Assembly (NCBI GenBank): GCA_947074105.1
Contig: CAMTON010000002.1
Location: 24,003 to 88,002, forward strand
From: an uncultured Bacteroidales bacterium
GTDB lineage: Bacteria; Bacteroidota; Bacteroidia; Bacteroidales; JAUNSR01
Reading direction: 5' to 3'
Length of the DNA stretch: 64,000 bases
In this document: positions 11,060 to 21,627 of the stretch, piece by piece
Layout: each line of letters begins with the position of its first letter
Position numbering within the stretch: the first letter of the stretch is position 1
Made by a program: the position numbers and the translations under genes
The notes under the pieces: model-generated
What the model was told of the DNA's origin: nothing
The model's input: only the letters and a program-made list of their open reading frames with translations
Databases searched by the model: none

Positions 11060-11788
11060 ATGAAATATGCTTTGGTAACGGGCGGAAGCCGTGGAATCGG
11101 AAGAGCGGTTTGTGTGAAACTTGCTTCAATGGGATACAATGTTGTAATCAATTATGTTTCTAATGAAGCAGAAGCTCTAAAGACAAAAGAAATGGTGGAA
11201 GCTTATGGCGTAGAAGGCGAAATCCTGAAATTTGATGTTTCAAATCGGGAAGAGACGGTAAGTGCTATTGAAAACTGGCAGGAAAACCATAAAGGTGAGT
11301 ATATCGAAGTTCTTGTTAATAATGCAGGAATCAGAAAAGATAATCTTATGATGTGGATGGAACCTGAAGACTGGTCGAGCGTTGTTAACATAAGTCTTGA
11401 CGGTTTCTTTAATGTAACGCGTCCTCTTCTTCAGCCTATGCTTGTAAAGAAATTCGGAAGAATAGTAAATATGGTTTCTCTTTCAGGTCTGAAAGGTATT
11501 CCGGGACAGGTAAATTACTCTGCTTCAAAAGCCGGAGTAATAGGGGCAACAAAAGCACTTGCCCAGGAAGTGGCTAGAAAGAATGTTACTGTAAATGCTG
11601 TCGCACCAGGATATATCAAAACAGACATGGTTGACGGATTAAATGAGGCTGAACTTAAAAAGCAGATTCCTGCCAACAGATTCGGAGATCCTGAAGATGT
11701 AGCCAATCTTGTAGGTTTCCTTGTTTCAAAAGATTCTTCATATATAACAGGAGAGGTAATCAATATAAACGGAGGATTGTATTCATAG
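11060..11788 (+). CDS. 3-oxoacyl-ACP reductase-like SDR (cluster ketoreductase)
   Basis: 242 aa. TGGSRGIGRA, NNAGI, YSASKAG. Confidence 0.85.
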   Translation: MKYALVTGGSRGIGRAVCVKLASMGYNVVINYVSNEAEALKTKEMVEAYGVEGEILKFDVSNREETVSAIENWQENHKGEYIEVLVNNAGIRKDNLMMWMEPEDWSSVVNISLDGFFNVTRPLLQPMLVKKFGRIVNMVSLSGLKGIPGQVNYSASKAGVIGATKALAQEVARKNVTVNAVAPGYIKTDMVDGLNEAELKKQIPANRFGDPEDVANLVGFLVSKDSSYITGEVININGGLYS

Positions 11789-11837
11789 TAGTCAGAATAG
11801 GAACCGATGTAAAACTGTCATTAAAAATAAATACGAC

Positions 11838-12458
11838 ATGACAATTTCAAAATTATCACTATCGTTTCTTTCAATTGCTTTTGCGGCAAATGTTTTTGCA
11901 GCTGAGCCGACATCAGATTTTATAAATAAACTGAAATCTGAAAATGAGAAAGTAAACACTATTGTTTGTCCTTTTAACCAGGAGAAACATTTCGAGATTC
12001 TTGAGAATGCGATTTTAAGTAAGGGGACATTCTATTATCAGAAGGATGATAAGGTCTGCATGAGTTATAATGATCCGCAGGGAGATCTTCTGCTCATAAA
12101 CGGGGAACAGTTCGTTATGATTACAAACGGTAAAACCCAGAGTAAGAATGCTCAGAATAAAAATAAATTCGGCTCATTAAAGAATCTGCTTTTCGCTTGT
12201 TTTCAGGGTGATCTGAATTCAATAGGTAATTGTTCTTTCAATTATTCGGAAGATGCTTCTTCGTATATCATTGATGTGGAAATGAAGAAGAAAAACCGAA
12301 TCCTTCCGGATAAACTTCATCTCAGATATGATAAAAGTAATTATCTGCTTACATATATGGAGATGGAGGAATCGAACGGAACAAAAACGATATATAAACT
12401 TGAAGGAAAGAAAATAAACACATCAATTGATGCAGGTGTTTTCCATTATAACAAATAA
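11838..12458 (+). CDS. LolA-like outer-membrane lipoprotein-carrier family protein
   Basis: 206 aa with a signal peptide (LSIAFAANVFAAEP). Size and position after the MMPL/KR genes match the LolA-like component of aryl-polyene/flexirubin clusters. The call is partly contextual. Confidence 0.55.
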   Translation: MTISKLSLSFLSIAFAANVFAAEPTSDFINKLKSENEKVNTIVCPFNQEKHFEILENAILSKGTFYYQKDDKVCMSYNDPQGDLLLINGEQFVMITNGKTQSKNAQNKNKFGSLKNLLFACFQGDLNSIGNCSFNYSEDASSYIIDVEMKKKNRILPDKLHLRYDKSNYLLTYMEMEESNGTKTIYKLEGKKINTSIDAGVFHYNK

Positions 12459-12495
12459 TAGCAGAATATAGAATTTTATTCTTGATTGTTTTTTG

Positions 12496-12503
12496 TATTT
12501 TTG
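12496..12503 (+). promoter_or_regulatory. Bacteroidota -7 promoter box TATTTTTG (TAnnTTTG) for proS
   Basis: Exact match to the TAnnTTTG consensus, 56 nt upstream of the proS ATG. Confidence 0.4.
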
Positions 12504-12558
12504 CGGAACTTAAATAAAAGATTTTTGTTGGCAGAAACAAAACAAATTAATTTACTAT

Positions 12559-14040
12559 ATGGCAAAAGAATTAAAAGAACTGACTCCCAGATCTGTAAGC
12601 TACTCTCAGTGGTATAACGATCTTGTAATTAAAGCAGATTTGGCAGAGAATTCAGCAGTTCGCGGATGTATGGTTATCAAACCTTACGGATATGCAATCT
12701 GGGAAAAGATGCAGCGTTATCTTGACGATATGTTCAAGGAAACAGGACATGTTAACGCTTACTTCCCGTTATTCATACCTAAATCTTTCTTAAGTAAAGA
12801 AGCAGACCACGTTGAAGGTTTTGCAAAAGAATGTGCTGTAGTAACTCACTATCGTTTAAAAAACAATCCTGACGGAACAGGTGTTGTGGTTGACCCGGAA
12901 GCAAAACTTGAAGAAGAGCTTATCGTAAGACCTACATCTGAGACTATCATATGGAATACTTATAAAGGCTGGATCCAGTCATGGAGAGATCTTCCTATCC
13001 TTTGTAACCAATGGGCAAATGTAGTAAGATGGGAGATGCGTACACGTATGTTCCTTCGTACAGCTGAGTTTCTTTGGCAGGAAGGTCATACAGCTCATGC
13101 GACAGAGCAGGAAGCTATTGACGAAGCAGTTAAGATGATTAATGTTTACGGAGATTTCGCTGAAAACTATATGGCTGTTCCTGTAATCAAAGGTATCAAA
13201 TCAGCTAACGAACGTTTTGCGGGTGCTCTTGAGACATTTACAATTGAGGCTATGATGCAGGATGGTAAAGCTCTTCAGTCGGGAACATCTCATTTCCTTG
13301 GTCAGAACTTTGCAAAAGCTTTCGATGTAACTTTCATGAATAAAGAGGGAAGACCGGAATTAGTGTGGGCAACTTCATGGGGTGTTTCTACACGTCTTAT
13401 GGGTGCTCTTATCATGACACACTCTGATGATAACGGTCTTGTTCTTCCTCCGAAACTTGCTCCTATACAGGTTGTAATTATTCCTATCCACAGAAATGAC
13501 GAACAGCTTGAGAAAATCAATGAAAGAGTGGCTGAAATCACTAAAGAATTGAAGAAACATGGTATTTCTGTAAAATATGATAACGGTGATAACAAAAAAC
13601 CGGGATGGAAATTCGCTGAATATGAATTGAAAGGTGTTCCTGTACGTCTTGTAATGGGTGGAAGAGACCTTGAAAACAATACTGTGGAGGTTTTCCGTCG
13701 TGATACTCTTTCTAAAGAAACTGTTTCTCAGGATGGTATCGCTGATTACGTAAAAGATCTTTTGGATAAAATCCAGGAGAATATCTTCAAGAAAGCTTAC
13801 GATATGCGTGAGACAACAACTAAGACTGTTGACACATGGGAAGAGTTTAAGGAAAAAATCGAAGAGGGCGGATTCATTCTTGCTCACTGGGATGGTACTC
13901 CTGAAACTGAAGAATATATCAAAGAAGAAACAAAAGCAACGATTCGTTGTATTCCTTTGGATGGTGACAAAACTCCGGGAGTTTGTATGGTTACAGGTAA
14001 ACCGTCTCTTCAGAGAGTATTGTTCGCAAGAGCATATTAA
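12559..14040 (+). CDS. proS: Prolyl-tRNA synthetase (archaeal/eukaryote-like type)
   Basis: 493 aa. N-terminus [30 protein letters not shown], class-II motifs ([16 protein letters not shown]) and the C-terminal ...ARAY typical of this ProRS type. Confidence 0.95.
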   Translation: MAKELKELTPRSVSYSQWYNDLVIKADLAENSAVRGCMVIKPYGYAIWEKMQRYLDDMFKETGHVNAYFPLFIPKSFLSKEADHVEGFAKECAVVTHYRLKNNPDGTGVVVDPEAKLEEELIVRPTSETIIWNTYKGWIQSWRDLPILCNQWANVVRWEMRTRMFLRTAEFLWQEGHTAHATEQEAIDEAVKMINVYGDFAENYMAVPVIKGIKSANERFAGALETFTIEAMMQDGKALQSGTSHFLGQNFAKAFDVTFMNKEGRPELVWATSWGVSTRLMGALIMTHSDDNGLVLPPKLAPIQVVIIPIHRNDEQLEKINERVAEITKELKKHGISVKYDNGDNKKPGWKFAEYELKGVPVRLVMGGRDLENNTVEVFRRDTLSKETVSQDGIADYVKDLLDKIQENIFKKAYDMRETTTKTVDTWEEFKEKIEEGGFILAHWDGTPETEEYIKEETKATIRCIPLDGDKTPGVCMVTGKPSLQRVLFARAY

Positions 14041-14078
14041 AAATAAGGATTTACAAAGTAAATCTTCAATAATATTAA

Positions 14079-14124
14079 GAGTGATTCCGACAGATAGAAA
14101 TATCTTCGGAATCACTCTTTTTTG
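14079..14124 (+). terminator. Rho-independent terminator after proS
   Basis: Stem GAGTGATTCCGA / TCGGAATCACTC followed by a T-run (CTTTTTTG). Confidence 0.8.
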
Positions 14125-14321
14125 TTTCTGTCCTTTTTTTATTTTCGGGAGAAATTGAATTAATTTATTTTGGTTAAAAATAAGACATATAAGATTTGAT
14201 AATTAGATTATTATCAATAGACTCTATCAAACATCATTTAATTAAAACTAACAATTCTATAATTTAAATCTTAAAATTATTTGTATTTAAAAGAAATAGT
14301 TTGTTCTTTTGCCAAAAATAG

Positions 14322-14453
14322 AAACAAGGGGGTGCTCTTATTTTTAAAATCAATTAAAAGGATATCTAAAGAGATATGCCGGTATTTTAAAAGAAGATGC
14401 TGAGATTATACCCTATGAACCTGTAAGCAGTTAGGACTGCGAGGGAATTGTTT
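14322..14453 (+). promoter_or_regulatory. TPP (THI-box) riboswitch
   Basis: Conserved cores GGGGTGC ... GCTGAGA ... ACCC ... GAACCTG ... GCGAGGGA in the correct order. Long P3 hairpin (about 14336-14398). P1 is AAACAA (14322-14327) paired with TTGTTT (14448-14453). Sits directly upstream of thiD. Confidence 0.85.
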
Positions 14454-14524
14454 ATCCTGAAGATAACTGACCAACGCGTATTTCATCGCATAGTATCCTC
14501 TTGTTTCATATTTGTCAGAAACAT

Positions 14525-15373
14525 ATGAAACAGAAAAGATATACCACATCACTTACCATAGCAGGCTCCGACAGCGGAGGAGGAGCAGGCATCCAGGCAG
14601 ACATCAAAACATTTTCATCTCTCGGCGTTTACGGAACGTCTGTAATTTCAGCTATTACTGCTCAGAATACTCTGGGGGTAACTGCTGTCATGCCTGTATC
14701 CGTTGATATTATAGCAGCGCAGCTTGATGCGGTTTTTTCTGATTTTAAAATAGACTCTATAAAAATCGGAATGCTTTTTTCCGAAGAGATAATAAAGACA
14801 ATAGCCGACAAACTATCATTCTATACACCTCAAAACATTGTGCTTGATCCTGTTATGAAAGCTTCAAGCGGAGATTCTCTTGTCAGAGAAAATATCCTTT
14901 CTCTTTATAAAACACTTCTTTTTCCTAAAATCACTCTCTTAACGCCAAATATTGATGAGGCAATACTTTTTACCGGCATTATCATAAAATCTAAGGAAGA
15001 TATGATAAAGGCAGGGCGTTCACTTATTGCTATGGGATGTAATGCCGTACTTATGAAAGGCGGACATCTTGAATCAGAAACATCAGAGGATATTCTGCTT
15101 CTTCATACAGGCGAAATCTTTTTTTATGACTCAGAAAGAATAATGACTGATAACAGTCATGGCACAGGGTGCACTCTTTCTTCTGCAATAGCAGCCTTTA
15201 TGGCCCACGGGTTAGATATTAAAGAATCCGTCAGAAAAGCAAAAGGATATTTGTTTCAGGCTCTTAATACGGGAAAAGAATTCAAAACAGGAAAAGGGAC
15301 AGGACCACTGAATCATTTTTATGATCCTATGCCCTTGACTGCAAAAGATGAGTTCTCTTCGAAAGTTATATGA
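14525..15373 (+). CDS. thiD: Hydroxymethylpyrimidine/phosphomethylpyrimidine kinase
   Basis: Motifs LTIAGSDSGGGAGIQADIK and GTGCTLSSAIAA. The ORF track starts at 14501 on a non-ATG codon, so I prefer the ATG at 14525 (MKQKRY...). Confidence 0.9.
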   Translation: MKQKRYTTSLTIAGSDSGGGAGIQADIKTFSSLGVYGTSVISAITAQNTLGVTAVMPVSVDIIAAQLDAVFSDFKIDSIKIGMLFSEEIIKTIADKLSFYTPQNIVLDPVMKASSGDSLVRENILSLYKTLLFPKITLLTPNIDEAILFTGIIIKSKEDMIKAGRSLIAMGCNAVLMKGGHLESETSEDILLLHTGEIFFYDSERIMTDNSHGTGCTLSSAIAAFMAHGLDIKESVRKAKGYLFQALNTGKEFKTGKGTGPLNHFYDPMPLTAKDEFSSKVI

Positions 15374-15459
15374 TATGTGCTCAGATAAAAACGATTGATA
15401 ATAATAATAACTCTACTTACTGACTAATAACTATTTCATAATCATTAATAAAAAATACT

Positions 15460-15660
15460 ATGCAGATAGAGATAAATAACAATCTTCATTCATGTGATGA
15501 AGAAACAACAGTGAAAGATATTGCTGAAAAATTTGATCTGAATAAACCCGGAACCGCTGTCGCGGTAAATATGAAAGTGATTTCACGTGATAACTGGAGT
15601 AATTTTAAGTTATCTGAAAATGATAAACTTATTGTTATTAATGCTACCTGCGGAGGATAA
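15460..15660 (+). CDS. thiS: Sulfur-carrier protein ThiS
   Basis: 66 aa ending in ...CGG (the C-terminal Gly-Gly needed for thiocarboxylate formation). Lies within the thi operon. Confidence 0.85.
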   Translation: MQIEINNNLHSCDEETTVKDIAEKFDLNKPGTAVAVNMKVISRDNWSNFKLSENDKLIVINATCGG

Positions 15661-15666
15661 AATTCT

Positions 15667-16266
15667 ATGAAACTTATAGTTATATCTGCACCGGAGTCTG
15701 TAAATAAAGAAGCTGAGATTATCAGTCTGCTCATCGAAAACGGACTTGAATATTACCATCTGAGAAAACCGGAATGGGATTTAAAAACGACATCTGATTT
15801 TCTGAAAACTGTTTCTTCGGACACATATTCTCATATTGTCATACACGACCATTATGAACTGATAGAAGAATTCGGTCTGCTTGGTTCGCATCATAATAAA
15901 CGTAATTCTGAAAATATATATGGTAATAATTTCAGTGTTTCCTGTCATTCAATTGAAGAAATACCCGAATGGAGAAATATAACAAAAGGATATATTTTCC
16001 TGAGCCCGATATTTCAAAGTATTTCAAAAGAAGGATACGGAAACGGTTTTTCTGAAAATGATCTAAGGTATGCTTCTGCAAATAAGATAATTGATAAAAG
16101 TGTAATTGCTCTTGGCGGAATCACAAAAGAAAATATCGGACTGGTAAAAGAATATGGTTTTGGCGGATGCGCTGTCTTAGGCACAATATGGGAAGATTAT
16201 ATAAAAGATAATAACATAGAATCACTTATAGAAAGGTTTAAAGAAATAAAAAACAGTATAGATTAA
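15667..16266 (+). CDS. ThiE/TenI-family protein (second thiamine-phosphate synthase paralogue, TenI-like)
   Basis: 199 aa. TIM-barrel ThiE-family C-terminal block (VIALGGIT...GGCAVLG). More divergent than the next gene. Confidence 0.6.
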   Translation: MKLIVISAPESVNKEAEIISLLIENGLEYYHLRKPEWDLKTTSDFLKTVSSDTYSHIVIHDHYELIEEFGLLGSHHNKRNSENIYGNNFSVSCHSIEEIPEWRNITKGYIFLSPIFQSISKEGYGNGFSENDLRYASANKIIDKSVIALGGITKENIGLVKEYGFGGCAVLGTIWEDYIKDNNIESLIERFKEIKNSID

Positions 16267-16278
16267 AAATAATAAAGT

Positions 16279-16912
16279 ATGCTTCAGTTTATAACACATC
16301 AGACAGATAAATATGATACCATAAGAAGTGCAAGAGTCGCACTTGAAGGTGGATGTAAATGGATTCAGCTGCGAATGAAAAATGCACCGAAAACAGAAAT
16401 CTTTAAAACCGGATTCGTGCTGCAGGAACTTTGTTATAAGTACGGTGCTACACTGATTATTGATGACGAGGTTCAGATATGCAAAGATCTGAACAGCGAT
16501 GGAGTTCATTTGGGTAAAAATGATATGGATCCCGAAGAGGCCCGGAAAATACTGGGAAATACAAAAGTGATAGGAGGGACAGCCAATACTTTCGAAGATA
16601 TCGTTACACTTGTAAATAAAGGTGTTGATTATATCGGACTGGGGCCATTCCGTTTTACTACAACAAAAGATAATCTTAGCCCTATTCTCGGCATTGAAGG
16701 TTATCGCAATATAATCGATAAATGCAGGAAGCAGGGAATAAACATTCCGATAGTGGCAATCGGCGGAATAACGAAATTTGATATCCCATATCTTATGGAA
16801 GCTGGAGTATCCGGGATAGCTCTTTCGTCAACAATACTGGCTTCTGTCGATCCAATAGAAAATACAAAAGAAATAATAGATATAGTAAATTCTTCAGATA
16901 AAATAAAAGAAA

Positions 16913-16938
<26 letters not shown>
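16279..16938 (+). CDS. thiE: Thiamine-phosphate synthase
   Basis: 219 aa. [29 protein letters not shown] and VAIGGIT blocks typical of ThiE. Confidence 0.85.
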
Positions 16939-19382
<2,444 letters not shown>

Positions 19383-19445
19383 TATCTTTAAGGAACTGAC
19401 AGTTGATAAGTTAACTGTCGGTTCCTAAAGTAATACATAAAGATT

Positions 19446-20564
19446 ATGAGATTTACTGAAATTATAAATCAGTATGACTGGGACGATCTTTCCCAAAAGA
19501 TTTCCCTTAAAACTTCAGCCGATGTAGAGATTGCGCTGAATAAAGAAAGACCGGATTATGAAGATTTTCTTTCTCTGATTTCTCCGGCTGCAATGCCATA
19601 TCTTGAAATTATGGCAAGAAAAAGCAGAATGCTTACTCAGCAGCGCTTTGGCAAAACAATTCAGCTTTATATTCCTCTTTATCTTACAAATGCCTGTACC
19701 AATCATTGTGTTTATTGCGGTTTTAATCATGAAAATAAGATAAACCGTGTAATTCTTAATGAAGAAGAGATTGAAAAAGAAGCTCAGGCAATAAAGGAAT
19801 TAGGCGATTTTCATCACATTCTTCTTGTCACAGGAGAGTCTCCCCGACATGCCGGAGTAGATTATCTTAAGAGTGCGATCAGGATTATGAAAAAGTATTT
19901 TTCTAATATCTCAATTGAAGTTCAGCCGTTAGAACGCAGCGAATACGAGGAATTAATAAGCGAGGGGCTTTATTCGGTTTATGTTTATCAGGAAACCTAC
20001 AATAAGTCAAGATATCCTGTTTATCATCCTGCAGGGAAGAAACGTGATTTTAATTATCGTCTTGACACGTTCGACCGTCTCGGAGAAGCAGGAATCCATA
20101 AGATGGGACTCGGTGTACTTATAGGTCTTGAAGACTGGCGTACCGATCTTGCTTTTATGGGAGCGCATCTTAAATATCTTCAGAAGAAATACTGGCGTAC
20201 AAGATACTCTGTTTCTTTTCCGCGTATACGACCTCATGAGGGTGAAGGTTTCAAGCCTAATGTCGTTATGGATGATAAGGAACTTGCACAGGCCATTTTT
20301 GCGTTCCGTATTTTTGACCGTGATGTAGAGATAGCACTTTCAACGCGTGAAGAACCGAAAATGCGCGATAATATGTGTTCTCTTGGCGTCACATCGATGA
20401 GTGCAGGTTCTAAAACCGAGCCGGGAGGTTATTATACTTATCCGACTGCTCTCGAACAATGGGTTATGGCAGACGACAGAACTCCTGATGAAGTGGAATT
20501 ATCAATAAAAAAACAGGGATACGAAGCTGTATGGAAAGACTGGGATCATGTGATGAGCAGATAA
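19446..20564 (+). CDS. thiH: 2-iminoacetate synthase (tyrosine lyase, radical SAM)
   Basis: 372 aa. Radical-SAM motif CTNHCVYCGF. Operon position matches thiH. Confidence 0.9.
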   Translation: MRFTEIINQYDWDDLSQKISLKTSADVEIALNKERPDYEDFLSLISPAAMPYLEIMARKSRMLTQQRFGKTIQLYIPLYLTNACTNHCVYCGFNHENKINRVILNEEEIEKEAQAIKELGDFHHILLVTGESPRHAGVDYLKSAIRIMKKYFSNISIEVQPLERSEYEELISEGLYSVYVYQETYNKSRYPVYHPAGKKRDFNYRLDTFDRLGEAGIHKMGLGVLIGLEDWRTDLAFMGAHLKYLQKKYWRTRYSVSFPRIRPHEGEGFKPNVVMDDKELAQAIFAFRIFDRDVEIALSTREEPKMRDNMCSLGVTSMSAGSKTEPGGYYTYPTALEQWVMADDRTPDEVELSIKKQGYEAVWKDWDHVMSR

Positions 20565-21262
20565 GAGAAAGATATGTCAGACATATCAATCTTAAAGAAA
20601 TAGGAGAGAACGGACAACATAAACTAAAGAACAGCTCTGTTCTTATAGTTGGTGCCGGAGGGCTTGGATCTCCGATCTCATTATACCTTACTGCAGCAGG
20701 CATAGGACGCATCGGTCTGATTGATCCCGATATCGTTTCTCTGTCAAACCTTCAGCGTCAGGTCCTTTATCGTGAATCCGATATCGGTAAAAGCAAAGTT
20801 GAGATTGCAAAAGAAAGATTGCTTGAATTAAACAGTGATACAGTGATTGAAACTTATGCCGAAAGACTTAATCCGTCAAACGCAACGGATATCATATCAA
20901 AATATGACATTGTTGTCGACGGATGTGATAATTTCGAAACAAGATACTGCATCGATGAATATTCCTCAAAACTGAATAAGCCTTATGTTTACGGCAGTAT
21001 CGGAGAATTCAAAGGTCAGGTATCTGTGTTCAATTATCGTGAAGGAAGACGTTATTCAGATCTGTTTCCAGGAGACGACAATTCCCGTTCTTCATCCGCA
21101 AACAATGTCCTGCCGGGTGTAATGGGAGTAGTTCCCGGTGTTATCGGAACAATGCAGGCTGCGGAAGTTATAAAGATTATTACGGGTGCAGGAGATCTTC
21201 TTATAAACAAATTACTTATGATTGATCTTCTGACGATGAATCAGATGGTATTGGAAATATAA
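20531..21262 (+). CDS. thiF: ThiS-adenylyltransferase (ThiF/MoeB E1-like)
   Basis: 243 aa. ERYVRHINL, Rossmann VLIVGAGGLGS, LQRQVLY. Overlaps the thiH end by 34 nt. Confidence 0.85.
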   Translation: MERLGSCDEQIRERYVRHINLKEIGENGQHKLKNSSVLIVGAGGLGSPISLYLTAAGIGRIGLIDPDIVSLSNLQRQVLYRESDIGKSKVEIAKERLLELNSDTVIETYAERLNPSNATDIISKYDIVVDGCDNFETRYCIDEYSSKLNKPYVYGSIGEFKGQVSVFNYREGRRYSDLFPGDDNSRSSSANNVLPGVMGVVPGVIGTMQAAEVIKIITGAGDLLINKLLMIDLLTMNQMVLEI

Positions 21263-21265
21263 ACT

Positions 21266-21299
21266 ATAATCAGGATTAATCTGTCCTGATTATTATTTC
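21266..21299 (+). terminator. Hairpin terminator after thiF
   Basis: ATAATCAGGA / TCCTGATTAT stem followed by a T-rich tail. AT-rich stem, so moderate confidence. Confidence 0.5.
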
Positions 21300-21545
21300 A
21301 TGAGTATTAAAAAGACACTTTCTGAAAAAAAGGAGGCCTTTGAGATTTCATAAACGAAATTTCAAAGGCTTTCTCTGTATTGAATATTAACCGGATAATT
21401 GTTATTCTTAATATTAAGATTCTTCTTCTTATTTTATTTTAGAAAAAACAGACTGAATTCGGTAAGTAAGCGCCTAAATTTTACTAAATATACTCTGCAT
21501 ACCTTTCGCGGGCAGAACTCAGTTTGGAATTAAGCTTTTAAATAC

Positions 21546-21553
21546 TATTTTTG
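21546..21553 (+). promoter_or_regulatory. Bacteroidota -7 promoter box TATTTTTG for the GH43 gene
   Basis: Exact TAnnTTTG match. Its position argues that the real start is the ATG at 21628, not 21568. Confidence 0.4.
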
Positions 21554-21627
21554 CGTAAAACAATTATATGACAGTTAATACATCACAGACTGTCACCACA
21601 CAAAAGCTTTATATTATTCAGTTATAT

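Noticed and set aside
13375-14115. 246-aa ORF antisense to proS, strikingly long for AT-rich DNA. Also the 125-aa antisense ORF at 13302-13679 and the 116-aa sense-shifted ORF at 13808-14158.
   Set aside because: It lies entirely within or overlapping the highly conserved proS gene. The translation is low-complexity (F/S/I/R-rich) with no motif. It looks like a shadow ORF created by proS codon usage. There is no independent promoter evidence.
14512-14706. 64-aa ORF overlapping the 5' end of thiD, and the 65-aa ORF at 52640-52837 overlapping the esterase start.
   Set aside because: These are out-of-frame overlaps with well-supported genes, and their translations are Arg/Ser-rich or Cys-rich junk.
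21568-21627. 20-codon N-terminal extension of the GH43 ORF (MTVNTSQTVTTQKLYIIQLY).
   Set aside because: A -7 promoter box at 21546-21553 would leave almost no leader. The downstream Met (21628) starts a textbook signal peptide.
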